Translations under genes and position numbers: made by a program
The notes under the pieces: generated by a model
What the model saw: the letters and a program-made list of their open reading frames with translations, nothing else
The model's database searches: none
Told to the model about the DNA's origin: nothing
Assembly (NCBI GenBank): GCA_018398765.1
Contig: JAHBMJ010000497.1
Span: forward strand, 1 to 46,264
Length of the DNA stretch: 46,264 bases
Source: Chromera velia
Taxonomy: Eukaryota
Direction: 5' to 3'
Shown here: positions 1-9,535 of the stretch, piece after piece
How the letters are laid out: each line of letters opens with the position of its first letter
How positions within the stretch are numbered: position 1 is the first letter of the stretch

Positions 1-452
1 ACGCAGGCACACAGACAGAAAGCAGGGGGGGGGCACAAATATATGTGCAGCTACTAGGAACAAAGAGCTGCGCCCCTTGAGAAATGATGACTTCATCAGA
101 CGGGAGAAGAGAATTATCTGTGTTAAGGACGAGGCTGCAGGAGCTGAATGGCCAATTTGGACACCGCCACGTACCGCCCTCCCTCTCTCATGTAAGCAAA
201 CGACGAGCATGTCCATGCAATGCTGCAAGCATGCCCGCGACCAGCATGAGCCGACTGCGTGACAGTCACCGTCTGCTCCTCTGCATGAATTGATAAAATC
301 TTCTTCTCCTCTCCTTTCCTCTCCTCTTCTCTCCTCTCCTCTCCCCTCCTCTCCCCTCCTACAATCCACGCTGCATTCTCACACGCAGGCACACAGACAG
401 AAAGCAGGGGGGGGGCACAAATATATGTGCAGCTACTAGGAACAAAGAGCTG
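1..452 (+). repeat. 70-bp exact direct repeat (1-70 and 383-452); first copy may extend beyond window start
   Basis: acgcaggcacacagacagaaagcag...ggaacaaagagctg occurs identically at 1-70 and 383-452. Confidence 0.9.
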
Positions 453-814
453 TAAGAGGACACGTAAGGCATGCCTGACTGATCGATTAACTGAAAAACT
501 GCACCTCGGCAAAGGGAGCGAGGGCCCCATGGATCCCCCCCCCCAAAATTAAAGCAACGCCTGTACGAGGGTTTTGTTCCTACTTCTCGTGGAGGAGAGG
601 CTCTTTCTTTCTTTTGTTTGCAAACAAGCAGCGGACGCAAGCAGAAGGGAGAAGTCAGCCTGCATGAGGATGCACAGCTAAGAACATTGTATCGCATCCC
701 TCCCATCACATGCATGATGAATCGGATCTATTTTAACACAATCTAGGTCATAATGCGAAACGCTAGGAATGCGGACAGGCACTGACCTGGTCGTTTGGTT
801 CTTCGACAAACGAA

Positions 815-2752
815 TCACCGCCTGAAGGCTCCAGGCGGTCGGGCGCCAGAAGATGCCTGTCTTCTTCTTCTGTTAGCGAGGAAGCGCTGCAGGCAAAACC
901 GCTGGTATGGCAACAAACGGCCCCGTACGTCGGGGTTTTGAGTATCGTGATCCCTGTAGAGGTCGTATAGACGGGTTCGGTCCTCCTCGTGTGTCCTGAT
1001 TGTCCAGGAGGGATCCTGAGCTTTCAAAGTTTCCTCCGCTTCCTCGATCGTTTGGCATTGGAGGACTGATGGTGGCAACTCTCCCAGGTCGCGACCATGG
1101 GCATACTGAAGGCGTGGGAACATCACAGCGTATGTCTGGGCCCAGGTTGCGTTTCTGTTGATCAATTTGAACATCAGAGCGCTACCGAGATTCAGATCGG
1201 TCCAAGCAGGGCCGAATTGAACCGACGGAGATCTTTGAACCAGAAATTCATCTCCCCCCCAAAATTCCTCCCATGTAAGTTCTGCAAGCGTCTCCAATTC
1301 GTCGTCTCTATGCCTTCCGAGAAGCCATAGTCTGCTTCCGTCTCGTAGCCGCACAAGGCGCCACCGGCGCGAAACATATTTGTTCCACCACCTGCGTACA
1401 GGACCTGCCCACGCCTCGGACCACTCCACCCTCTTGCGATACTCTTGCCGAGGAACAAGATCGACGATCTGCCGGACTGTGGATTCGACTCTCCGCTGCT
1501 TTTCTTTGAGCTTCGCACCTACGTCGCGTCGTGGCGGTGCGTGTGTGGCGGTTTCAGATGCAGGACCATGGAAAGGTCCAGAGTCATTTGAGCAAAAAGA
1601 CGCTCGCTCAGAGGGGTGAAGGGAGAGAGATTGCCAGCTTACAAGTGACTCTGTGTCCCCTTCATCATGCTCTCCCCGATGAAAAGCTGTTCTTTCCTCT
1701 CGAACGGCCTCAATTCTTGACTCCACCAGCTGCTCCGCATACGGACGTACTCTCTGCGCTTCTAGCTGACGGGCCTTCACGGCTTTGAACTCTGGGCTAT
1801 TGAGAGCGGTACCCAGGAGGGTGAGACCGAGACAGGACAGAATGGGCACCACGACGTACCGTGCCAGCTTCCTTGCAACCCCCAAATTGGTATCCGGACC
1901 ATTTTCTACAGAAGGCGCGGAAGGGGAAGCCTGCACAGACTGTGGCTGGTTTTGGATTGGGTTGTGAGGGGCGACAGACGCAGGAGGAGAAGCCTGCACA
2001 GACGATGCCTGCACAGACTGTGGCTGGTTTTGGATTGGGTTGTGAGGGGCGACAGACGCAGGAGGGGAAGCCTGCACAGACGATGCCTGCACAGACTGTG
2101 GCTGGTTTTGGATTGGGTTGTGAGGGGCGACAGATGAGGGAGGGGAAGCCTGCACAGACGGTGGCTGGTTTTGGATTGGGTTATGAGGGGCGACAGACGC
2201 GGGAGGGGAAGCCTGCACAGACGGTGGCTGGTTTTGGATTGGGTTGTGAGTGGCGACAGACAGGCCGGCCGTGACCTGACTGTGTATCAGATGAGAGGGC
2301 CTGGCAGCAGGGGTGCCGATCCAGGAAGGGGCAGTTGGACGAGGTACGAAAGGCTGAACGGCATTGAACGAGGAAGTTCTGGCGCGACTGAGCAGAGAAG
2401 CGACAGGAAAACTTGCATATGGAGCTGGAATGTGTCCAGGTGCATGTGCTGGTGGAGGTCCTTCTGGGACGCTGAAGGGTAGAGCCCGGTGGGTGAGCTG
2501 GGTAGCAGTCCTGAGGGGGCGGGAGTGGGGAACTTGCCAATAGGGGCTTTGATGGAGGTTGGTTGCAGGAAACTCGTTTGGATTCCAACTATGGGGCGCT
2601 GGTGGTAGGCCTGTGGTTGCGATCGGAGGCAGTCGGAATTGCGGTTGAGGTCCGAAAAAAAACTGAGGTTGGTTCTGCGTACCTGTGCTTGCTGTTGGGA
2701 TGGGCCAACGAACAGGCCAGGGGGTAATTCTTAAGAGTGGCCAGGTGCTCAT
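815..2752 (-). CDS. Orphan 645-aa protein: Pro/Gln-rich N-half with tandem repeats, one central hydrophobic helix, Trp/Arg-rich C-terminal domain
   Basis: Uninterrupted ATG-started ORF; frame-preserving repeats (HNPIQNQP.SVQAS x5); hydrophobic segment YVVVPILSCLGLTLLGTAL; no family recognised. Confidence 0.65.
   Translation of the reverse strand: MSTWPLLRITPWPVRWPIPTASTGTQNQPQFFFGPQPQFRLPPIATTGLPPAPHSWNPNEFPATNLHQSPYWQVPHSRPLRTATQLTHRALPFSVPEGPPPAHAPGHIPAPYASFPVASLLSRARTSSFNAVQPFVPRPTAPSWIGTPAARPSHLIHSQVTAGLSVATHNPIQNQPPSVQASPPASVAPHNPIQNQPPSVQASPPSSVAPHNPIQNQPQSVQASSVQASPPASVAPHNPIQNQPQSVQASSVQASPPASVAPHNPIQNQPQSVQASPSAPSVENGPDTNLGVARKLARYVVVPILSCLGLTLLGTALNSPEFKAVKARQLEAQRVRPYAEQLVESRIEAVREERTAFHRGEHDEGDTESLVSWQSLSLHPSERASFCSNDSGPFHGPASETATHAPPRRDVGAKLKEKQRRVESTVRQIVDLVPRQEYRKRVEWSEAWAGPVRRWWNKYVSRRWRLVRLRDGSRLWLLGRHRDDELETLAELTWEEFWGGDEFLVQRSPSVQFGPAWTDLNLGSALMFKLINRNATWAQTYAVMFPRLQYAHGRDLGELPPSVLQCQTIEEAEETLKAQDPSWTIRTHEEDRTRLYDLYRDHDTQNPDVRGRLLPYQRFCLQRFLANRRRRQASSGARPPGAFRR
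1924..2259 (-). repeat. Coding minisatellite, 5 units of 60/75 bp
   Basis: ggctggttttggattgggtt recurs five times; unit lengths are multiples of 3. Confidence 0.9.
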
Positions 2753-3237
2753 TTCTCGACCCGAGACTCAGGCTCTGTACTAGGTGCAAGTAAGGAAACC
2801 ACCACAGCCAAGTTCAGCTATTTCCCATTGGACAGAAGTAAGCTTTCAAGGTGTCTATCGACTCCATCCCCTCAGCGAAACAGAGCCAATTGCACCGGCT
2901 CTTTGGACAGACTATGTACATGCTATACAGGTCGAGTCTTATAGACTATATACGTGTGTCTATATCTACATACATGCACTGACCTTTCAATGTCTGCATG
3001 CATGCGTACGTGAAGTCGGCATGCACGAATCAACCCGCGGGTGCATGCATGCATATGTCCATCCGGTCCATCCTAATCCGTCCATGCATGCATGCATGCA
3101 CCAATCGATCCACGATGTTGCATGCATGTATACGCGTGCATGCATGGCGCACGCGGTGTTGCAACATCGTGCATGCATGCAAAATGTTGCAACATCGTGC
3201 ATGTTGCATTTTTCAAACTTAGATATATATATTAATA
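2593..3237 (+). repeat. Left arm of ~645-bp inverted repeat (partner 8234-8879)
   Basis: Reverse complement of 8234-8879; the ORF track gives near-identical peptides at 2589-2789(-)/8683(+) and 2784(+)/8488-8688(-). Confidence 0.92.
2995..3208. promoter_or_regulatory. Cluster of TGCATGCA/GCATGC motifs in a divergent intergenic region
   Basis: Many overlapping tgcatgca copies between ATG 2752(-) and ATG 3489(+); TGCATGCA is a known ApiAP2-bound motif in apicomplexans. Confidence 0.45.
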
Positions 3238-3488
3238 CTAAGGATGAGAAATATCCCTCCTCTCCTGTTTTGATCACGAGAAACAGAGAGGACTCCAGCA
3301 GGGAGAACGCTCGAGTCAAAAAACGAACAAAATTGGTGAAGAATTGAGGAAGTTCGAAGTAGACGTTTTTGCCTTACCTTCGTTGCTTGAGTACACTCGA
3401 TTATTACGTCCACAACCCGTCTACTTGCAAAAAAAAAACCCATTCGCAGAGATCGATGCCATGAGGGAATGGATACGGATGGCAGTGG

Positions 3489-4875
3489 ATGGACACAGAG
3501 CCAGGGGAAGTCCCAGTCGGTGTGATCTCGTCAGGCGGGACGGGCAGTTCGCTTGAGACTGTTGGTGAGTCTGGGCCGGCCCGATGTGCTCCGGGACCCT
3601 TACAGACTGCAACTAGGCGCTTCCCCCCTCCAGTGATCCTCATTCCCCATGTATTACCACCGCCCCCCCCCCCTAACCCGCCAGCCGTCCGGTCCACTCC
3701 CGGGAGACCAGCAAACAACATCTCGCAGGACCTTCCAGCTCTCCCCTCTCACGACTTGGTAGCCATGTGCAGGATCCTGAATTCCAGTGTAGGCCACTCT
3801 GAATTCCAGTGTAGGCCCCTCCGGTTATGGACCGGTGGACAGGCTCGTGTCTGAGCTGCGAGAGCTTCGCCTGGGGTGGGCGTCCATGAAGGAGGGAGGG
3901 GAGTTCCGGGGAGATTTCCATGTAGGTGACCAATTGATGGAAGCGGGTGCCCTTTCAGCGCTGATCGAGGACCGCCCGAACATGCGGGGTCCTGTCGGCG
4001 ATCGAAACGTCTTTGTGACTAGCTCCAGAATATATTGTGTTTTGAGGGCGGTTGTGGGGGACGATGCTCCTACGTTTCCAGATGTGGAGAGCAGGCGCGA
4101 GTTCCTCTTAGCAGCTCTGGGGGGGCGTGTGGAGTTTCTTGGGGAGACGGCGTTACGAGCAAAGTTCTGGTATGTTCCCGTCCGACACCCTTTGACGGGC
4201 CACTGGTTCGGTGTCCTAGTGAAGAATGGGGAGCAAAGTGAAGGCTCTGCCTCACAAGCTTCGGGGGGACGTGTAGGCATGATCAGCCTTGACTGCCTCA
4301 GGAACTTACGTTTGTCTCCTGCTCTTGTCGACCTTGAAAAAAAGAGGGTGTTCCGCAGGATCAGTCTATTTGCAACCAAACTTTTCAAAGAAGTGAGGGG
4401 GTGTGAACCGAGGAGCTGGCTGCGATTTCTGAACAGCATTCCGGGTGAGACAGTGACGGAAGTCACTGTCCCGCAGCAGTTGGGAGAGGATTCACTGCAT
4501 CTGTGTGGTGATCATGTCCTCTCTTATCTCATCATCGTCCTCAGACTCCAAACGTCCGAATTGGAGAGCCTTTTTCAGTCCCATAGCGGATCCCCCCCCG
4601 TGTTGCCACCTGAGAGAGGACCTATAGCACAAGATCTGAGAAAGAGGCTGGATAGCCTGATTGGAGTGGCCCCAGAGGTGGTACGTTCAAGGACTTTGAG
4701 GGGGCAGCCGGCGACGTCCAAGACGGACGCAAGGAAGACAGCCCGCGAGTGGATGGGTTGGCCTGCTAATGGGTGTAGTTGGAGAGCGGACCGCGGGTAT
4801 CGGAGTTTTACGAGAGCGAGGCAAGAAGGTGTCCTGTCTCAGGTGTGTTCCAGCGGGGGGTTTTGGAGAGAGTGA
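3489..4875 (+). pseudogene. Ulp1/C48-like cysteine protease domain 1, frameshifted by a 22-bp tandem duplication
   Basis: Catalytic order GHWFG (His 4201), SLDCL (Asp 4291), PQQ..HLCGDHVL (Cys 4504). Removing one copy of the 22-bp duplication (3777/3799) joins ORF 3489 (..RILNSSVG) to ORF 3835 (PSGYGPVDRLV..). Confidence 0.6.
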
Positions 4876-4881
4876 GGGAGG

Positions 4882-5056
4882 AGTGCCCTAGAGTTGGGCC
4901 TCCTGCTGACTGCGTGTTTAAATGTGCAGTGCCCTAGAGGTGGGCCTCCTGCTGACTGCGTGATTGAATGTGCAGTGCCCTAGAGTTGGGCCTCCTGCTG
5001 ACTGCGTGTTTGAATGTGCAGTGCCCTAGAGTTGGGCCTCTTTGCTGACTGCGTGT
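4882..5056 (+). repeat. 46-bp tandem repeat, ~3.8 copies
   Basis: agtgccctagagttgggcctcctgctgactgcgtg.. starts at 4882, 4928, 4974 and 5020; no unique spacers. Confidence 0.92.
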
Positions 5057-5125
5057 ATGGACGTGCTGATGTGTGCGGTCGTATGTGGTTCAGCCCTGAT
5101 TGTGGGTTGCTGCTGACTGAGCGGG

Positions 5126-7343
5126 TTGAGGGATATTCTTTCCTCCGTGCCTACCCCTTGTGTGAAGAGCCGGTCGAATGAGGCGCCACAGTCCCCCCTC
5201 TGCCTCGGGCCTACCGAGACTGACGTGATGTGTAACCTGCCCCCCTTCCCCACACTGCAGGCCCCTCAGAGTGGGAGGCACCGGAGACCTGGCGGAGGAT
5301 CAATAGAGACTGAGGGGTTTGGAGGTGAAATTCAATCCGGTAGGACGGCTGAAATTGTGACATTGGGGAGGACGGGGGGGGTGCTGGGTCGGGAGTTGGA
5401 TGCCGTTAAGGAGAGGTTTCTGACGGCTCTACATGAAAGAGAAGAGGTCGATCGGATGCTCAGGGAGTGTGCGAGGGAATTGTCTACTAGCCTGTCCATC
5501 CTGGGGAGAGAAAGGCCCCAGTCTCTGCAAATGGCAGGTGTCACTGTGCCCGCCCCAATTCCCAGTCACTCAAATCCCCCTACGATCAAGATACACCCAC
5601 CCGGTCATAAGGATAGTTGTATAGCCCCCTCTGATCCGCCAGGCCCACAGGCGCATTTAAATTCTGGTCCAGAGTTCAACAGAAGCTTCCAACCCGTTCC
5701 CAGACCCACTGTCAGTGAGTCCCGCATGTGTTCCGTTCCGCATGTGTTCCGTTCATGAGGACAAATCTAGGGCTACTAGAGCTCCTGCCTATGACCCCCT
5801 GGTGGGTCTACCCTTGGTTTTCGGTCAGATTTCCTCTGAAACAGATTCCTCTACTCGTGGCCCCTCGAGCTGTCCGCCCCCTCCCACTTGGAGCCGCATA
5901 CCCAGAAGCAGGGCGAAAGCCAAAGCAGACGCCGCCTCCTCAGTGATTCAGAAGCGTCCTCACGGTGGGTCCCAGTCTGCAGATGTCCTCAGTGACAAAC
6001 TCCCCCCTCCTGGACAGGAGGCGACTGCGGGACTGTCAAAAACACGTGCAGTGTCTGCCGTTGCAGCCACAACCGAACATATTCAGGCTCCGGTCTGTGA
6101 CCCCCCCACTGTCTCCTCTGGATACGCAAATGGTGCAGGGGCACCTGTCTTGACAGATGGCGACACTGCCATGACCCGAGCGGAGCATCTGGTGCTGTCG
6201 GCTTTGAGAATAGCTGAAGCAAAGGAGTCTGCCGTGGCCACTGCGGGGAAGCTCCCCGATCTGTCTGTTCTTGACCCCTCCTCTAGCTCCGCCGCTCTCG
6301 GCATAACGGTTGGTGCAAGAAGCCCTCTCCTATGCCCCCGTTCAGCAGGATATACGACCGAGATAGTGGCGCAGGGGGAGTCGTTAGCCGAATCGGCCAC
6401 TAGGATGGCCATTGAGGAGGAAATGATTGAGAGCGAGCAAGAGGAAGGGTAGATGGGATGGCTCGGATCACATCAATCAGGTCATAGCATCGATTCCGAT
6501 GGGTTAGCCCGCCTTGCCCCTGGGAGATGGTTGAATGACAGCGCCATGAACTTTTTTGGGAGAGTGATTGCCTTCCTGGGGGCTGAGTTTGAAAGCTCCC
6601 CACCCCTTACATTCATCAATTCTGTTGCAACGGAAATGATGAAGCTCATTGACATAGAAGCAATGCAGAGGACGACGAAGGCAGCGGACTCGCAGGTGGT
6701 GAGAGGGAGAGGAAAAGCGACTAGGGGCAGCACGGGGAGTGGGAATGTAGACATTAAGTGGAAAGAAAGAGAGGCGGATTTACAGTCATGGTGGGTTCAC
6801 AGACTGCGGAGGATGGGAAAGCGGTTCAAGCCATATGGGGGGAAGGATCTTTTCTGTGTTTTTAACCATTCGGACACGCATTGGTTGGCTGGGTACGTTA
6901 AAGGGGGCGAGAAGGGAGCTGTGAGGGAGAATGAGACTTTGCCGACGCTTACTGTCTACACATTGGACTCCCTTCCGCCGACCCAAATCTCCCTCCCAGG
7001 GCTCCTGCACCCCTTTTTCAAAGCAACAGCGTGCGGCGACGATCTAATAGGAAGGGATGATGACGTACCTATCTAGGCGTATGCATTGACCGTACCGTGT
7101 CAGCGAAACGGCTACGATTGTGGCCCTCATGTCTTGGGGTGGCTGATTGCGATAGTTACAGGGATGGACTTTCAGGAAGTTGACCATGCTGCGGCAGCGC
7201 ATGTGCGGGTTGCTCTCCGGAATGTCGTAACGTATGTGTCTGAAGAACCACGATGGTGGGCAGAGAAGAGAGGGAGGTCGAGAGTATGGGGGGTGTTGAA
7301 GGGGACTTTAGGATCTGGAGGCTCTGAGCCCGCGCCGCCTTGA
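5126..7343 (+). pseudogene. Ulp1/SENP (peptidase C48) SUMO-protease-like gene, disrupted
   Basis: Motifs PGRWLNDSAMNFF, NHSDTHWLAG (His 6879), YTLDSL (Asp 6966), VPCQRNGYDCGPHVL (Cys 7119). ORFs 5715, 6453 and 7086 share one frame, split by TAG at 6450 and 7074. A 16-bp duplication (5722/5738) explains the shift from ORF 5126. Confidence 0.8.
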
Positions 7344-7832
7344 GGGCTAGGAGGTCCAATGCATTGGCCTCGATAGACCTGCACTGCTGGGAGGGGTCGG
7401 AGCGTAACTTAGTGGCGGAGACGGAGTTCCGAGTATGACATCCAGCGGCGGAGAGGGAGTCTCGAATAACTGTCTGGTGTTGTATTTCCTCAGAGTCTCT
7501 TAGAGCTAGAGGGGGTTAGTACAAGGCACTGCAAGCTAGGTAGATTCATTTTTTCCTTTCCGTCGAGATGCAGCGTGCTTGGTAGGAGTTCTCTCCTCCT
7601 GGCACGAGTCGGTTTCCCGCCTTGGCCTGTTTTTTCCTCATTAACTAGTACTGCATACTAGAGGTTTTTTTGTCCAGGACCACTCTAGGGTGCGGGCCGA
7701 CAGACCGTATGAACGACCAGACACGTGATACGTGGCGGGTAATGCCGAGCGATTGCGTGATGCATGCATATGGGGTGGAGGTACTATCCGGACGGGCAGA
7801 TGCTTCGATACCCCCCCTTAATACCTAATACC

Positions 7833-8238
7833 TAATAGTTGAGTGAACGCATACAGGCTATATGATATACATGCAGCAGCATATACTAATATTAATATGT
7901 CACTGCACTGCATTCACACGAGGGGAGTCAGCATTCATCGCTCTTCCGCCGAGCAAGCATCACGATTCAATTAACAGCAAGGTCCCGATGACCTTCGACG
8001 GCTCATGTATATAATAGGACCTTGCTGTCAATTGAATCGTGATGCTTGCTCGGCTATTATATGCATGAGCCGTCGAAGGTCATCGGGACTTTGCTGTCAA
8101 TTGAATTGTGATGCTTGCTCGGCGGAAGAGCGATGAATACTGACTCCCCTCGTCTGAATGCAGTGCAGTGACATATTAATATTAGTATATGCTGCTGCAT
8201 GTATATCATATAGCCTGTATGCGTTCACTCAACTATTA
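7833..8238. mobile_element. 406-bp foldback palindrome / MITE-like element (185-bp arms, 36-bp spacer)
   Basis: 7833-8017 is the reverse complement of 8054-8238 with 6 mismatches; TA flanks at 7836-7837 and 8234-8235 are compatible with a TA target duplication. Confidence 0.75.
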
Positions 8239-8879
8239 ATATATCTAAGTTTGAAAAATGCAACATGCACGATGTTGCAACATTTTGCATGCATGCACGA
8301 TGTTGCAACACCGTGTGCACCATGCATGCATGCGTATATGCATGCATGCAATATCGTGGATTAATTGGTGCATGCATGGATGCATGGATGGATTAGCTTA
8401 TGCATGCATGCACCGACTCATGCACCCACGGGTTGATTCGTGCATGCCGACTTCACGTACGCATGCATGCAGACATTAATTGAAAGGTCAGTGCATGTAT
8501 GTATAGATATAGACACACGTATATAGTCTATAAGACTCGACCTGTATAGTATGTACATAGTCTGTCCAAAGAGCCGGTGCAATTGGCTCTGTTTCACTGA
8601 GGGGATGGAGTCGATAGACACCTTGAAAGCTTACTTCTGTCCAATGGGAAATAGCTGAACTTGGCTGTGGTGGTTTCCTTACTTGCACCTAGTACAGAGT
8701 CTGAGTCTCGGGTCGAGAAATGAGCACCTGGCCACTCTTAAGAATTACTCCCTGGCCTGTTCGTTGGCCCATCCCAACAGCAAGCACAGGTACGCAGAAC
8801 CAACCTCAGTTTTTTTTCGGACCTCAACCGCAATTCCGACTGCCTCCGATCGCAACCACAGGGCTACCACCAGCGCCCC
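8234..8879 (-). repeat. Right arm of ~645-bp inverted repeat (partner 2593-3237); includes a truncated copy of the 5' end of the 645-aa ORF
   Basis: Reverse-complement match to 2593-3237; atgagcacctggccactc at 8720 equals the start of ORF 815-2752. Confidence 0.92.
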
Positions 8880-8880
8880 T

Positions 8881-9240
8881 TGGGTGATCTTCTCAGGGTG
8901 GCATTCAACAGATCAGATTCCTCGATCCGTAGCTTTGAAGGGTCCTCGCGCACTGAAACTCCGGCCTGAGGTAAGTCAATCCTCTTTGGCTGGCAGGCAG
9001 GCATTTCAATTTGAAGAGCAGGTCCCGATGACCCTCGACGGCTCATGCAAAAGTATTCCTGGGGTAATCTTCTCAGGGTGGCATTCAACAGATCGGATTC
9101 CTCGATCCATAGTTTTGAAGGGTCCTCGCGCACTGAAACTCTGGCCTAAGGTAAGTCAATCCTCTTTAGCTGGTGGGCAGGCATTTCAATTTGAAGAGCA
9201 GGTCCCGATGACCCTCGACGGCTCATGCAAAGGTATTCCT
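8881..9240 (+). repeat. 180-bp tandem duplication (2 copies)
   Basis: 8881-9060 vs 9061-9240 align without gaps; 10 internal differences, all transitions. Confidence 0.93.
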
Positions 9241-9282
9241 CTGAGTTGCAGATGGAAACTGTAATCAATGCTGTGGAAATGA

Positions 9283-9535
9283 TCCACGGGAGGTTGAGGT
9301 CGCAGAGACTTATCGATTTGGACTTCCGGCGGCACGACAGTCACCAAATATCACCGTCGACCTGTTCTTTTACAAGAAGCCCTTCCAGTGTGGAGAACAG
9401 AGCAGCGGTGAGTTGTTTTTTTGGTCACCACTGAACGGCTTTGTGTAGAAGAGCAAGTCGACGGTAATATTTGGTGACAGTCACTGCGGTTTGGCTGGAA
9501 ATTAATAGGGGTCTGCGGCCTCAACCTCCCGTGGA
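9283..9535. mobile_element. Degenerate ~250-bp hairpin, MITE-like
   Basis: tccacgggaggttgagg pairs with cctcaacctcccgtgga; gtcaccaaatat..gtcgac pairs with gtcgac..atatttggtgac; no TSD identified. Confidence 0.55.

Noticed and set aside
712..775. Hammerhead ribozyme (atgatga...cgaaac)
   Set aside because: Core lacks CUGANGA and no convincing stems I/III were found
4882..5056. CRISPR-like array
   Set aside because: Units are contiguous 46-bp tandem copies with no unique spacers, in a eukaryotic context with no cas genes
6450..7076. TAG readthrough or reassigned genetic code in the Ulp1 gene
   Set aside because: TAG terminates the YAK1 and CDP-alcohol transferase models, and the same gene also has frameshifts; pseudogenisation is simpler
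2593..8879. Intact MULE or Harbinger with GGGG..CCCC termini
   Set aside because: Flanks (ccaactat vs ttgggtga) show no TSD, and ORF 815-2752 runs across the left boundary, so the outer ends are probably not true termini
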